This document shows positions 29,364 through 42,000 of a stretch of DNA of 64,000 bases, in pieces. This stretch comes from Pocillopora damicornis (Eukaryota). Below the pieces are notes generated by a model that ran no database searches, was not told where the DNA came from, and saw nothing but the letters and a program-made list of their open reading frames with translations. Within the stretch, counting starts at the first letter, position 1. Every line of letters starts with the position of its first letter. A program made the translations under genes and the position numbers. The stretch covers positions 310,001 through 374,000 of the forward strand of contig NW_020845316.1 of NCBI RefSeq assembly GCF_003704095.1, in the 5' to 3' direction.

Positions 29364-32300
29364 GTCCTTCGCGTTTTCTTTTCAATGAAGGACTAAGGTA
29401 CGTGCAGATTGTTGCTAACCCAAACCATGCTAGTAGTCAGAAAAGACGATAACAAAAAAAAGGTGAGATCCTAAAACAGCTGCAGTCTAGTCTCATCGCC
29501 ATCACAGGTACATGTATCTACCTCAGGTACGAGACGTATTATTTAAAAACACTTGTGCTTGTCATGTTGATGACCGTTTATTTTCATCCATCTAGCTTTT
29601 AATTCATATCAGTCCGTAACAAAACTAACCGAAATAAGATGGACATGTCTGACTCATCTGCCTTAGATTTTCCATTGGTATTTTTGTAATTTTTCAATAT
29701 CAAACGCATGTGTCTGAAATTGGACGGAAACGTCCAAAATGGGACAGAAACGACCGAAATGGGAGGGGAGTACCAAATCATTTGTGAAGTACCTTTCCTC
29801 TTGTGTCAGAGTCCCATCCGACTCTATCTCATGTAAATTTATATCCCATGATTCAGTGGGCGCACATGAAACACGTGGTAGTACGCGAACAATTTTCTTT
29901 ATAACAGTTTTCCCTCCGTAAAGGTGATGAACGGTTGGTTATTTTATCTTATGACTTCTAGCGAACTGTCAGGTTATTTTCTAAATTCTTATAGCTAGTT
30001 AACCATACAAGGAGGAAATCGTGGGAAAAGAGGGAGTTAGAACGATAAAATCGTAGAGTTGTGAACTTGCCTCAGCCCATTTACCTCACTACTGAAATGC
30101 ATTTTTCTCGTTTTTCCTTAGAGTTTTTTCCTTTTGAAATCTGATTGACTGCGGTGATTAATTTCGTTTTGGTTTTATGATACTTAATCATATTTCGCTC
30201 TAAAGCCAGATAACTGTTTACCAGTTGTGAAGGAAAAAAATTTTGGCTCTTTCACTCTCTTTCACTTCCAAGATCTGAATTTCACTTCTTTGCAATGTTT
30301 GCGATGCATTCTTTTTTGTTTTGAGCTGTTAAGAGTTTGGTGTTAATTCTAAGAACATCTCTCCGTTTACAATTTCTTTTTGTATATCAGCTTTCTGCTC
30401 AAAAGTTTATTGTTATTATTATATATAGGGAGAAATTGCTGTTTGGTCACTCTTGCTGGCTAGAGATTTGATAACTTTTCTGTAAGGCCCCCACATTCTA
30501 TCTGTGAGTGTTTACGATAATGAAACCTTAGAGAAGGGGCTCATGATATTATGTTCAGATCATTATTATATTCTGTGTTACTAAATTTCATTCACACTGA
30601 TGAACAACTGTGAAGTTATGAATAGAATGGATGATTATTCCATTAACTCTCTTTCAGAGTGAATGAACTCAGCAAGAGAGTTCAAGAACAGAGAATGGTT
30701 CTTCAGCCTAAGACTCACTTTATTTTGTTTTTCTTACTAGGATACCTTTGTTGATTAAGACATAAAGCATGGGGAAAAGGAAACAGGTAAGTTAGTGATG
30801 ATTTGTCCTCGTTTTGTTTGTGGAAGAGACTATTTACTTAATAAAAATGATTTCTTGGTAGATAGTTACTCATCACAGGGTCTCCCATACTTGGAAGACA
30901 TTTCAGAGTATTTGTAATAACAATTTTACCCCTTATCATCAATTACTGTTCTTTTTACTATGTGTCTGTGTTAGCTTTGATGAAAGTGCAGGGGTCCTGA
31001 AACCAGTTACAGATGTGGACTGGCTGACATAGCAGCACTGTCTTTGCACTTGTGGTAGAAGGCTTTGTTGATGTGTTGGGATTCTGCATGTGCTGAGCTA
31101 ACAATTCTTAACCCTTTACACCCTGACAGTGGTATTTATATTCTCCACATTGTTATCTTAGATTTCCCTCATAGTACTGACAAGGAGAATTTGTTTGACC
31201 TTCAGGACCTTCTTAAATTGGTGATCTTATCCCATATTCTCATGACCTTTATATTTGATTCAAGAGTTATTCTGTAAAGAGAAATTAGAGGCCAGTCACT
31301 CTAAGGGGTTTAAGAGGTAATGGGGCTTTTTTATGTACTTAGTTGATCTTCAATTATTTTTTTTAAATTTTGATTGTGGTTTTCTCTTTTTTTTGAGGTC
31401 TATGTTGCTGCCATAAGGGACTTGGAAATGTAACTTGCAGTATGTTTTTGAGGCCAGGATATTTCACACATTCTTGTTATGAACAGCTGGGAAGCTGAAA
31501 CTTACCACTAAGAAAAGGTTCTGAAGACTATTCTTGATGTCAGGAGATGCAAGTGCTAAAACTCTTAAATGAAATACTTTCAGTGCATACCTAACTGCAG
31601 TCATTTTTATCAGTTCTGTTGCAATGTCATTGACAAAAGCCTTTCTCATGACCCTCTTCATTCAGACAACCACACTGTATCATTGAATGGTACTTCCATT
31701 GACAAATAAAGTTTTGTTGAGATTGACTTGTGTTTATCTATTATTGACAAAGAGTTTTACCAATCATCTACATAAAATCCTCTCTGCCTCAGGGTTGCTG
31801 AATGGTAGAATGATGTTCATCTCTTCATAAGGTTTGAGGCAGAGATGGAAGAAAACTAAACTGTTACTTTGTATTTCAGAACTGTATCTTATTATTAACA
31901 CTCAACTTGCCTTCAAGAGATAATTATTACTAGTAAGTTTGCACCACATAGAACACAAGTGTATCAATACCAATGCTACATACCTGGTGTACCGGTAAAT
32001 TGAACTATTGTGTTCTCTTTTGTCTCTGGAAACAAACAAGACTGAACATTTTAAAACTAAATTCCAATGTTGGGCCTTGCCAGACATGGGGAGGGGTTTT
32101 GAGGGATGCTGATAAATTATTTTATTAATTTTTACCCAGTGTGATCCACTGTACCATATAGCAAAGAAAAAAAAACACTACAAAATAACTTGGTTGATAG
32201 TTTGTGGTTTGTATTTGTACACCAAATATCAAAATATCATAAAGAGTGAGATAAACTTATGCCTGAGTAAAAAGAATCTAGGATACCTGAATACCTGGGC

Positions 32301-33092
32301 CTGCAATACAAAGGCACCAATCCCACAAGACAATAAGGTCGAATGCTGGCAGAAGGACATGTTTTGATAACAAAATTTCTAATAGAGTGGATGGACAGGA
32401 TAGCAAGCTGTGTGCATGAGCAGTATTTTTTTCTTAGTGGCCTCTTGATACTTCATACACCAAATTCATGGAGTTTTCCAGCATGAAGAATCTCTATCAC
32501 CAGAATATTTTTGTATTTAGAAATTCAATGTTGAGCACTGAAACTTCAGCACATTCTTCTGGAAACTGAACTACAGAGTTTCTGAGGCTTATTCCTCAGA
32601 GCCTTTCAGTAATGTCTAATTCTTCCACTACGTGTTGTTTTTTTCTTGCTGTCAATTTTACTGTGTCCTTTTGTGTAGCTTTCTATTGAGGGTTTTGGAA
32701 GGATTTTTAATCTGTGTGTCCTATGCCAGAATCAAGAAGCTTGCATGATATGTTTTTTCACTCCTAATCACCACTTTTAAACCCTAGGGGGCAAATGTCA
32801 ATATGAAATGTAGCCTTAGATTCCCTTTTCCTTTGTTCATACCCTTTCTTTTCCAGCTTCCAATCAGTTTATGGGGTTACAGTCCTACCCTAGCTACCGC
32901 TTGAGTCTGGAGATTACATTGAAGGCCGAGGGATAGGTAAGTTGATTGGGATCTGGATCCTAATTGTGTTCTAGTGCCATTCCTACACGGTAGAATTGCC
33001 TTGTAGAAACTTTGTTTTGCACCGCGTAAACAGGTAAACCAGCTTTCAATGTAGTTCACCCGCGAATAGTGCGTTTTACGGTCGGTTTTAGA

Positions 33093-36000
33093 ATGACTTC
33101 CATTCAGGAACTGGAACATTCGGCCGCCATAATGATGGTAAGAGTTCAGATTACTCCTTTTAGCCGATTTATTTTCATATGAACCGGTTTAATTCGCACG
33201 TGGGTTTTCAGGCTCCGCCAAATGCTGTGACGCATCAACAGCGCCAGTCCGCCGAACAAGTGTTCCTGAATTTTAGAAGATCAAAGTCACCTTACCTGGC
33301 ATGCAGGCAGATCCTAGGTAACCAATATTGTGATCTCCTTTTGATCAATTTAATTCTTAGTTTAATCGATCACACAATCTTAAAGTCATCTTTCAGTCTC
33401 TCTCGTGTCTTCTCCATCATGACGATAGAAAAAGGACAAAAAAAATTATCAACATTTTATTACAAGCCCTCCAAGAGCCCAGATTGAAGAACGGTTTTAA
33501 AACTAACTTATTCATATCAGTCTTGAGTTAAAGTTTCCGCACAGCCCCATACTATTGTAAAACAAATCTGTTTTCCCAATGGAAATGTATTGTTTTTGTC
33601 ATTGTTTTCTCCATTCAAGAACTGAATGCATAATATAGGATGGGGCTGTGTGGAAATTTTACCACATACCTATTGCTAAAATTATTTTATACCAAACTAG
33701 TTCATTTTGCCTCTTAGTATATTCCACACAGGTGAATAGTGCTTTTTGTGTGTGCTGATTGGCTAGTTTAGAAGTGATCAGCAACTACTATTCACCTTCA
33801 GGCAGCTGAAGAGACACAATAATGCATCAAGAGTTTGGTTTTCGACCTTTTTTTGTTTTTTTGAAAGAAATAAACTCATTTTTGGTATTCTCTGAGGTGT
33901 ATTCTTACCTCAGAGTGGGTGAAAGTGGTGAACATTTGCCAAACAGCATTCTATGCTTNNNNNNNNNNNNNNNNNNNNNNNNNNNNNNNNNNNNNNNNNN
34001 NNNNNNNNNNNNNNNNNNNNNNNNNNNNNNNNNNNNNNNNNNNNNNNNNNNNNNNNNNTGGAATACTCCTAATAAGATTAATGCTTGGTCATTCTTTTAA
34101 TAAAGATTTTGCTCCCTCTTCTTTGTTGTCCATGGGATGTCTCATGAACCCTTCAAAACCAATTACCTCTTTTATTTACAGTGACTGACCTTTCATTTTT
34201 GGTACTGATTTTTAAATTTTAGGTCAGTAAATGATAACTGTATAAAAATTGAACTGGGAGCTCATTGATTGGAATTCAGAACTCTCCTTCTCACTCCCTA
34301 ATATCCAGTTTATTTTTGTAAAGCTTTTTGTTTCCTGTCTAGGAATTCTGGTTGCCATTACAGTATAGATAAATCTTATAAATTTATTCTGAATTAAGTT
34401 ATCTTTTGTCTTTCTAAACTTGCTGATGTCAGTGGCTATATTCTTTGCTTCTTTGCTGCCCTTAAGCTTTGCAGCTCAGTGTCAGTTAAAATTTCAACCT
34501 TTTGCCCCACATTTTGAATTAACTGACATGATTGCTGAATTTTCTTTGTTGTTGTTGTTTTTTAATTTGTTACTTGTTATTTGATAAGGTTCAAGTTCTT
34601 CAACAAATCTTTATGCTGGTAGTACAATCCATGCAGCAGTTCTTGGCAACAGAATTGAATCAACTATCAGCACAAGACATTTCTGCTTTAGTGCACTTGT
34701 CATCTCTGGCTGAACAGATTTTGAGCTGGGATTTTTCAAAGTTTGATATCCTTTTACATTTTGTTGTGTTAATACACTCACCCTCCACAAAAGTTTACTT
34801 CTTGTGTAAAAGCAATGTTGAGCACAAAGGAAATTACATTTTCCATTAGTCAGAATGAGTTGACTTGTGTTTTGGGATTTAACTCTAATAAAAACTGCCT
34901 GATGTTATTTTTCCTGTGATTATAAAAGTTTTTTTTAAGAATTAAATCGCTAACTGGCTTACAGAAATTTATTTTCATGGAATCAAAGAGGCAAATTCAT
35001 GGTTGGTAGTTAAAACACATAAGGTGCTTCATCTTACCCGCTCACAGAGCTAGCCATGCAATATCTCGTCATTATATCAATTCTGATGATGATGACAATG
35101 GTGATGATGAAGAGACTTTCTTAACTAGTGTACGTCACAGAAAAAAGCTTGTGTCAGGGGAAGCAGCAGCTGTGATCCTATTTAGACCAGGTACTTCTTG
35201 GAGAGAGCTTATCTTTGATCCTGCTCTGGTGGGCTTGTTTTGCAAGGTACTGTTCATATAAGAGAAAGGAAAAACAGGCCTGAATTGTCTTCATTGGAAA
35301 ATGTGTAGTAATTGTCAATATGTGATGTTTCCTTTCTCTGTGAAATGATGTGAATCTGTGAACTCATCTGTGGTCTCAGTGTAGGTTTGTTCTGCCCTAA
35401 GCAGTAGCAGTAGATCTAACAGTTGGGTTCTGTGTGGGTTGTTTACTCAAGTTGGATGCCAAAAAATGATGAGGGGAACTACATGTAAACTAGAGAATTT
35501 CATACAGTCTAGTATTTCTATTTCCTATAGTTACCTGTTTTCAATTATTTGGTTGTTTGGTTGTTTTAGTTTTTCTTTAAGTCTACTTTATCTGGCCGTA
35601 AATGAAACCAGGAGCCTGCAATTTATTTGTGCCCAAAAATGACTGAATTGTCATTATAGGAATAAGTTCTCAGGAACTTAATTGAAACTCTTAAGTAGCA
35701 AGTTATTCACTTCTGAGTAGGGTGTTAGGCATTTTATTCAAACTTGTGGTATGTTATAATTTGGTTTTTGTTTACAGATGGGTAACTTTATCAACAAATG
35801 TCTTAACCCTCTAACTCCCATGGGTGACCAAGACAGAATTTCTCCTTGCAATATCAATAAAATATCAACCAGATAAATGATGAGAGTAAAAAAAAATATA
35901 AATTTGTGATAATTAGTCAATCCAATACTAAATTCTCTGAACAACCACTATAAGAACTGTATGCTTGACAGTAGCAAGAATTACAAATTTGATCTGGGAG

Positions 36001-39000
36001 TTAAAGGGTTAATATTTCACATACTTGAGCTTGTCAGTGGCAACATGGAGAGCACAGGTTTAATTCTTTTACTCCCACAAGTGACCAAGGCAGAATTTAT
36101 CCTGACAATGTCTACAATATCAAACAGACAAGTAGTGAAAACAAACACAAATATCAAAAAGGGGATTACTACTTGATCCATTATCTAATTCTCCTAACTC
36201 ACTTCAAAGGAATTTTATGGCAGTCAGTTAGAGGAATTACTAAGGAGATCTTGGGAGTGAAATGGTGAAATCTCAATGAGACTAGACTTCATGCTTCTTT
36301 ATCCTGATGCATAAACTGTCAATTCAACTACATAGATCATGTAGTGACTTTCTGATATTTGTAAATACTGCATTTTCTCAATAGCTTCAGCTAAAGATGC
36401 AGGCCAATGATGAAATATGCCACCACTGTGGTCAGTGCTTAATTCAGCTTGCCTCCCTCTGTGGAGAGGTATTTCAAGATACTCTGTCACAAACACAATA
36501 CATATCTAATTTCATGGAGGGATTTCTGCAAATCTCTAAAAGGTACAGTGTTTGTTCTCCTTCTCTAGCAACAACAACAGTAACAACAACTTTATGGTCC
36601 CTTTATCAAGTTTTTGCAATGTATTATATAGAAAATAATAAGGAATTATTTAAATAATAATTAATTAAATAATAAAAGGGTACTACTAGCATCCAGGAAT
36701 AACTAAGCAGCTAAAAATGACCGAGAGCTGGATTAAGTTAAATAATTATAAAAATAAATATTTGTAGCAGAAGTACAGCATGGTTAACATACACACAAAG
36801 TACACAAACATCAGATACTTCCTATTTTATAACTGTAGAATTATGATAGACATTGGGATTCAATAATGTACCTGTTTGGATTGTGAAGTCAGTTGTATAT
36901 GAGGTTCAATTGCTCTTGGGGACTCAGAATTTTTCCTTTGTCCCACACTTGTGACAAGACAAAAAACCTCTTTCTCTATATCTTTACCAAACTCAAAACT
37001 TACCATCTCTCGGATTCTATTTACAAACATGATGCTATTGACATTGCTGCTCATAGCAGTATGCAGGACGTGTGTCATATGAACTTCATAATAGGCCTTG
37101 CTCAGTGTAGAGTCTCTGTGGCTCAGTGGTAGAGCATTGGGGTGTGGAATCATTAGGTCTGAGGATTGATTCCTCATGGGGACTCAGAATTTTTTCTTTG
37201 TCCAATGCCAGTCTTATATGTGTTCTGAATTTTTTTTTCACAAATGTAAGTTCTACACTTGTGTGGTACTGTACAAAAGTAAAGAAGATATCCAACAGAC
37301 TGCCAGTCCTTATCTCTTGTTTCCCAAACAGGCAAATTTGTATCAGTGGTTTGTGAAGATGTTGCTCCTTTGTTGACTAAAATAATCCACTTAGAATTAA
37401 TTTTTTTTGCCCTTTAAATAAGCTGGCCTTAAATCAAGGGAATAGTGGTAATTAAAATTTGTCTAACATATTAGTTATGTTTAGCATCCTAAGTTGACTG
37501 TTTGTTTATGTTTAACTTAGTAATATTAGCTTTTTAATTCATTTTTTTAATACATTATTTGGTGTTTGTCCTTTAGCTTGGAGATGAATGGACAAGCGGC
37601 ATTGTGCCTTGGTAGCATTGTGAACCGTCTTCTGTGTGTGTTTCCTATTTATGCCATCAAGGCTTTACCTGTCGATACACTAAGATTGTTTGGAGAAGCC
37701 ATGACTGACCTGACATGTTCCTTTTTACAAGCTGTTGCTAAAGAAGAAGAGGTTTGTCACTCAATATTTTGTTACTTCTACATTTTTAATCCTTTTGCCA
37801 CTACATGTTATTTTGATAGAACATAAAATTATCTCTAATTGAACGTAAAAACTGTATATAATTTCAAAGGGAGAATTACAAATCAAATTGTGGGGGTTCA
37901 AGGGTTGAACTGCATCAATTGCTCTATATGTGTTTGTCTTAAAATTTACTCTTGTAACTTGGACTTTCTGTTCTTTACCAAGATGCAATTTATGCCTTTA
38001 ACCCCTGAGAGTGACTGGTGTATGATTTCCCCTTAAAATATCACCCATGAATCACACATTAATGTTTCGAGAATAGAGGAAATGATCACCAACCGAAAAA
38101 GCTCTTAATAGAGGAATTCTCCTTGTCAGCACCTAAGGAAATGTATAGGGAGCAGTGTGGAGAATATGCATACTGATGTTGAGGGGTTAAGCACACATTT
38201 TGTAAATCAATCTCATACTTGACTATGCTCATTTTGCTTTCAGCTAAACACTGAGGACACAAGCTTTATAGAAGCTGTAGAACAATTCTTGGAAGGATGG
38301 GCTAGCCTACTGGAGTACTCAGGATTGTTTCCTAAGGGAATATTCAGTGATAGTGCCACTAAGATATTAAACTGCTATGTTCAGTGTCATTTGGCAGCTC
38401 CAGATGGTTTGCGTGGGACATTTTCACATCAGATTGACAATGGCATTCACCTTGATGAGATCTGTGATTTGGATAGTGATGACAGAGAACTTTTTGTCGA
38501 TCAGTTATGTACTATTGGCAGCTTTGGTCGTCTCATACCAGATCATGCTCTCAACCTTCTCACGAAACTCTTAGAAACTAGAGTTGATCAGTTTGAAAAG
38601 TATCTCTCTGCCATCAAGTATTCAACAGGTATGTACAGTTGAACCTGTAATATCCAGTCACCCTGTATCAGTTTGTTTCCCCTTAGTCACCATAATTTTC
38701 ACCTCTATTGAGTGCTTACCTCAATAAGGTGGTTGTTGTCGCCTTTGACTGAGTCTCAACAGCCTTTTTGTATTGTCTCTCATAATACAAAATACAGTCA
38801 GTCAGTCAGTTAGCCAGTCAGTTCATTGGTCAGTTCATCAGTTAGTCTGTCAGTCAGTTAGTTAGTCACTTCATCAGTCAGTTAATCAGTTAGCCCATCA
38901 GTCGGTCGGCCAGTCAGCCAGTCATTCAGTCACCTAGTCATTCATTCAGATAGTAAGTTGATCAGCTGGTCAGCCAGCTAGCTAGTCAATCAATCAATCA

Positions 39001-42000
39001 ATCAATCAATCATTCAATTTATTAATCAATTATGCTTATCCTTTTTTGTTAAGGGCCTTTATCCTCCGGCTTTTCAGGCATGGATAACCTTTATGAAGAC
39101 CTTCATTGGTTACTTCTAATTTCTGGTTACTTTCTTGCTGATGATGGCAATGGGGAGAAACCACTTATTCCAAAAGAAATTATATCATATTCGTCAAGTT
39201 TAGAAAGTCATGTTGATGTGCAGGCTACTTTTCAGTGTCTCTGTTCATCACAAATCCAAGGTAAGTGGAGTGTGAAAGCTTTAATGTAGATGCAGCTTTC
39301 TTCCCTGCAGCAAAAACAAACATCATGAAATCTGGTGCACCCTTATAATCTTTATAGTTAGAAAAAGGGATCCTTAATGAATTTGTATAATTTTCCCTGT
39401 TGAAAGAACTGTATTTTATTGATCAAAGTTCTTGCATTAGTTCTCTGTTTAAAAAATTTAACACCAAATTCTCGGAATTAGGATCACACTAAATGTTTTG
39501 CAGATGATGAAGATAAATGATATGGAGATCTCACGAGCAAAATGGTTGAAATGTGTCCTGGAAGGAATTAGGGAGGAACTTGACTGTTAGCAATGTTTTT
39601 CAACTTTTATGCCTTACTTTTTCAAGTATTTTTATTCATTATTTTTCTCAAGCCATCACCGAGAATCACCAAGACAGAGTGATGCTTAGAAAGTGAATTC
39701 TTCACATGGCCCTTTTTCCCTAAGAAGCCCCTTTTCCCCCCCCACCCCCCCCCCCACCATCTAGTTTTTTTGACTCAAAAGGTGTAGTGTTCTCCATGTA
39801 TTGTACATGTGTATATAACGCGAGATTAGCTTATTTGGGTGCCTCTGAAATCTCCCAGTCTCCTTTGCAGCCGTTGTTTGCTCCCGCCGCGCAACGCGTG
39901 GGGGAGGGGGAAGGGGGGAGGGGGGCGGGGAGAGGGGAAAGAACGCGTTGGGTGACGAGACTAAGAAACGGCTGTGAAGGAGGCTAGGGATCTCCTAGAA
40001 CAGGTTTAGACAGCTTTTAGACACTCTCTATAGTGTTAGTTTGATCTTGTCTTGGAATTATTTCCCTCAGAAGATTTGTTCTTATCATAGGGGATGCAAA
40101 CAGTATTCAGGACTATTCCAGAGTTGATCCAGTGGTGAGACTTGTGTCGGTTATCTTCCGCTTAGCAGACCTGGAGAAACATGCTCTAGGATCTGGTCTA
40201 TCAGAACTATTAAGTCCCCAGGTTGGGCGGAGTATTGTCTGGTGCCTGAGGCATTGGGCTAAGTCATATCTGTTACCAGACGAAAAGGATTATGACAAAC
40301 TTAGTGTGTCACTTATGTCTGTGTTTGGACCATGCACTGATGGTGGAAAGTGGGCTCTAGGATTCCTATTGGATAAAGTTAGGACCAATTTATCTGGATG
40401 GTCTGCGGAGTCACAGATTGTTGAGGACGCTGCTTTGTTGCTGTTAAGCTTGGTGGACAGCAAAAACAGGTAAATGACATATTAGGATGTGAAGTAATGG
40501 CAATAACCAATCAGAGCAAAGATAAGTACCCGTAAGTGCAAATTGGAACTCAAGGAAAACAAGCAAACTGCTTGAAGGGCAGGAAAATATGAGTGATCAA
40601 GTTGTGGTTGAATTATCCACCCCCCTCCCCCTCCCCCTTTCCCCTTTTTTTTTTACCCCCAGGAGTGATTGGCGTCTAATTTCTCCTTACAGTTTCACCC
40701 TTAAATCAAATTTAAAGGTCATGAAATTAGTGGGAATGATCACCAATTTAAGAAGCTCCCGATTTTCGAAAAAAAATTTCCTTGTCAGCATCTTATGAAA
40801 TGTATAGAGAACAGTGCGGAGAATATGCATACTGATGTTAGGGTGGAAAAGTTACAGGGTACATTTTATTTGTCGGGGGGGGGAGGGGGTGGTGCACTTA
40901 AAGAAATCACTGAGCGACAAACAAAGCCATCTCGAATTACTAAAAACACTCAATAGAACATTTCTTTGTATCCCTCAAGGAAGAGTGTGGATGCCTTCAA
41001 AATTTTTGAATGTAATATTACCCCTCTCGCGATTGGATATAGTATTTTTGCGAACGAGTGTCCATTGTTGACGAGTCTTCTGATTTTCTCTTACCTTTTG
41101 GTTGATTGACAATTTAGGGCAGAAGTGGCCATCTCCTTCGACAGTCTGTGGCTTCTAGCACAAGAACATATGTCTAAAACTTCTGTTCTTCACGAGCTTC
41201 CGCCTGAAGTGTTGCGCTACCTTACACAGGCTCTTGTACTGGCAGGATCAGTCGGGGACGATACAACTGCGAGAAAGAAATACTTAGATCAAGTGAGTAA
41301 CTTATTTAATTAAAAGTGCTTGTAGTATCTCTTGTCAAGATCATTTGTCGTGTTACAAATCTGCCAAATCTTAGCTCGATGTGATGTTTTTTTGTAAGTG
41401 AGTTTTGCACGTAAACTACGTAAGTGGTGTCTTAGTATACGAAACAAATCTCAAAAAAGTACCGAAGGGATGGCCGCAATTATGATCTGTGAACGATAAG
41501 TAAGTAGGTTATCTTCAAAGGTAGACTACAATAAAGGCAACTGATTTTAAAGGTATATTTTTTGTTCCGACTAAGTTCCAACTGTTGAAACATCACCACT
41601 TTAAAATTCATGACATTAGTTTCTCTTCCTTAATCAGCTTGTAGCTAACAATCAACCATGCCTACGGACGCAACATGGCGGTTTCTCTGCAAAGTAATAA
41701 CTTTGTTTGAAATTCTCTCAAACGCAATTCCGGAATGAATTTTTTTCTTGCACCTTCGAGGTTCAATAAATAAACTAGCAGCTTTCTTACACCTTTTCCA
41801 GTTGGTGTTCAGGACAACCGCCTTTACTTAAGTATTGGCCACTGAACCATTACATTATTTAGCGTCTTTTTCTCTTGAAGCATAACCCTTTCGAGATTGC
41901 TGACCTTAGCAATGTGTGAAACACTTCTTACCCATGGGCGCCATATACAGCTTAGCTGACTACCGAGTTCTCTGCAGCTTAGCTCCAGTAAGAGAATAGG

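Noticed and set aside
30978-31027. C/D-box snoRNA candidate (TGATGA...CTGA...CTGA)
   Set aside because: It is only about 50 nt, has no clear C' box or recognisable guide, and has no evident host intron.
32270-32295. Minus-strand GTATCCTA as a further U12 donor
   Set aside because: It deviates from RTATCCTT, and there is no intact gene or matching branch site.
37110-37185. tRNA gene candidate
   Set aside because: The A-box is present, but the B-box is mutated, there is no clean acceptor stem, and it is embedded in a repeat.
38795-39012. CRISPR-like or coding repeat array
   Set aside because: It is a simple degenerate tetranucleotide microsatellite with no repeat-spacer structure, in a eukaryotic intron.
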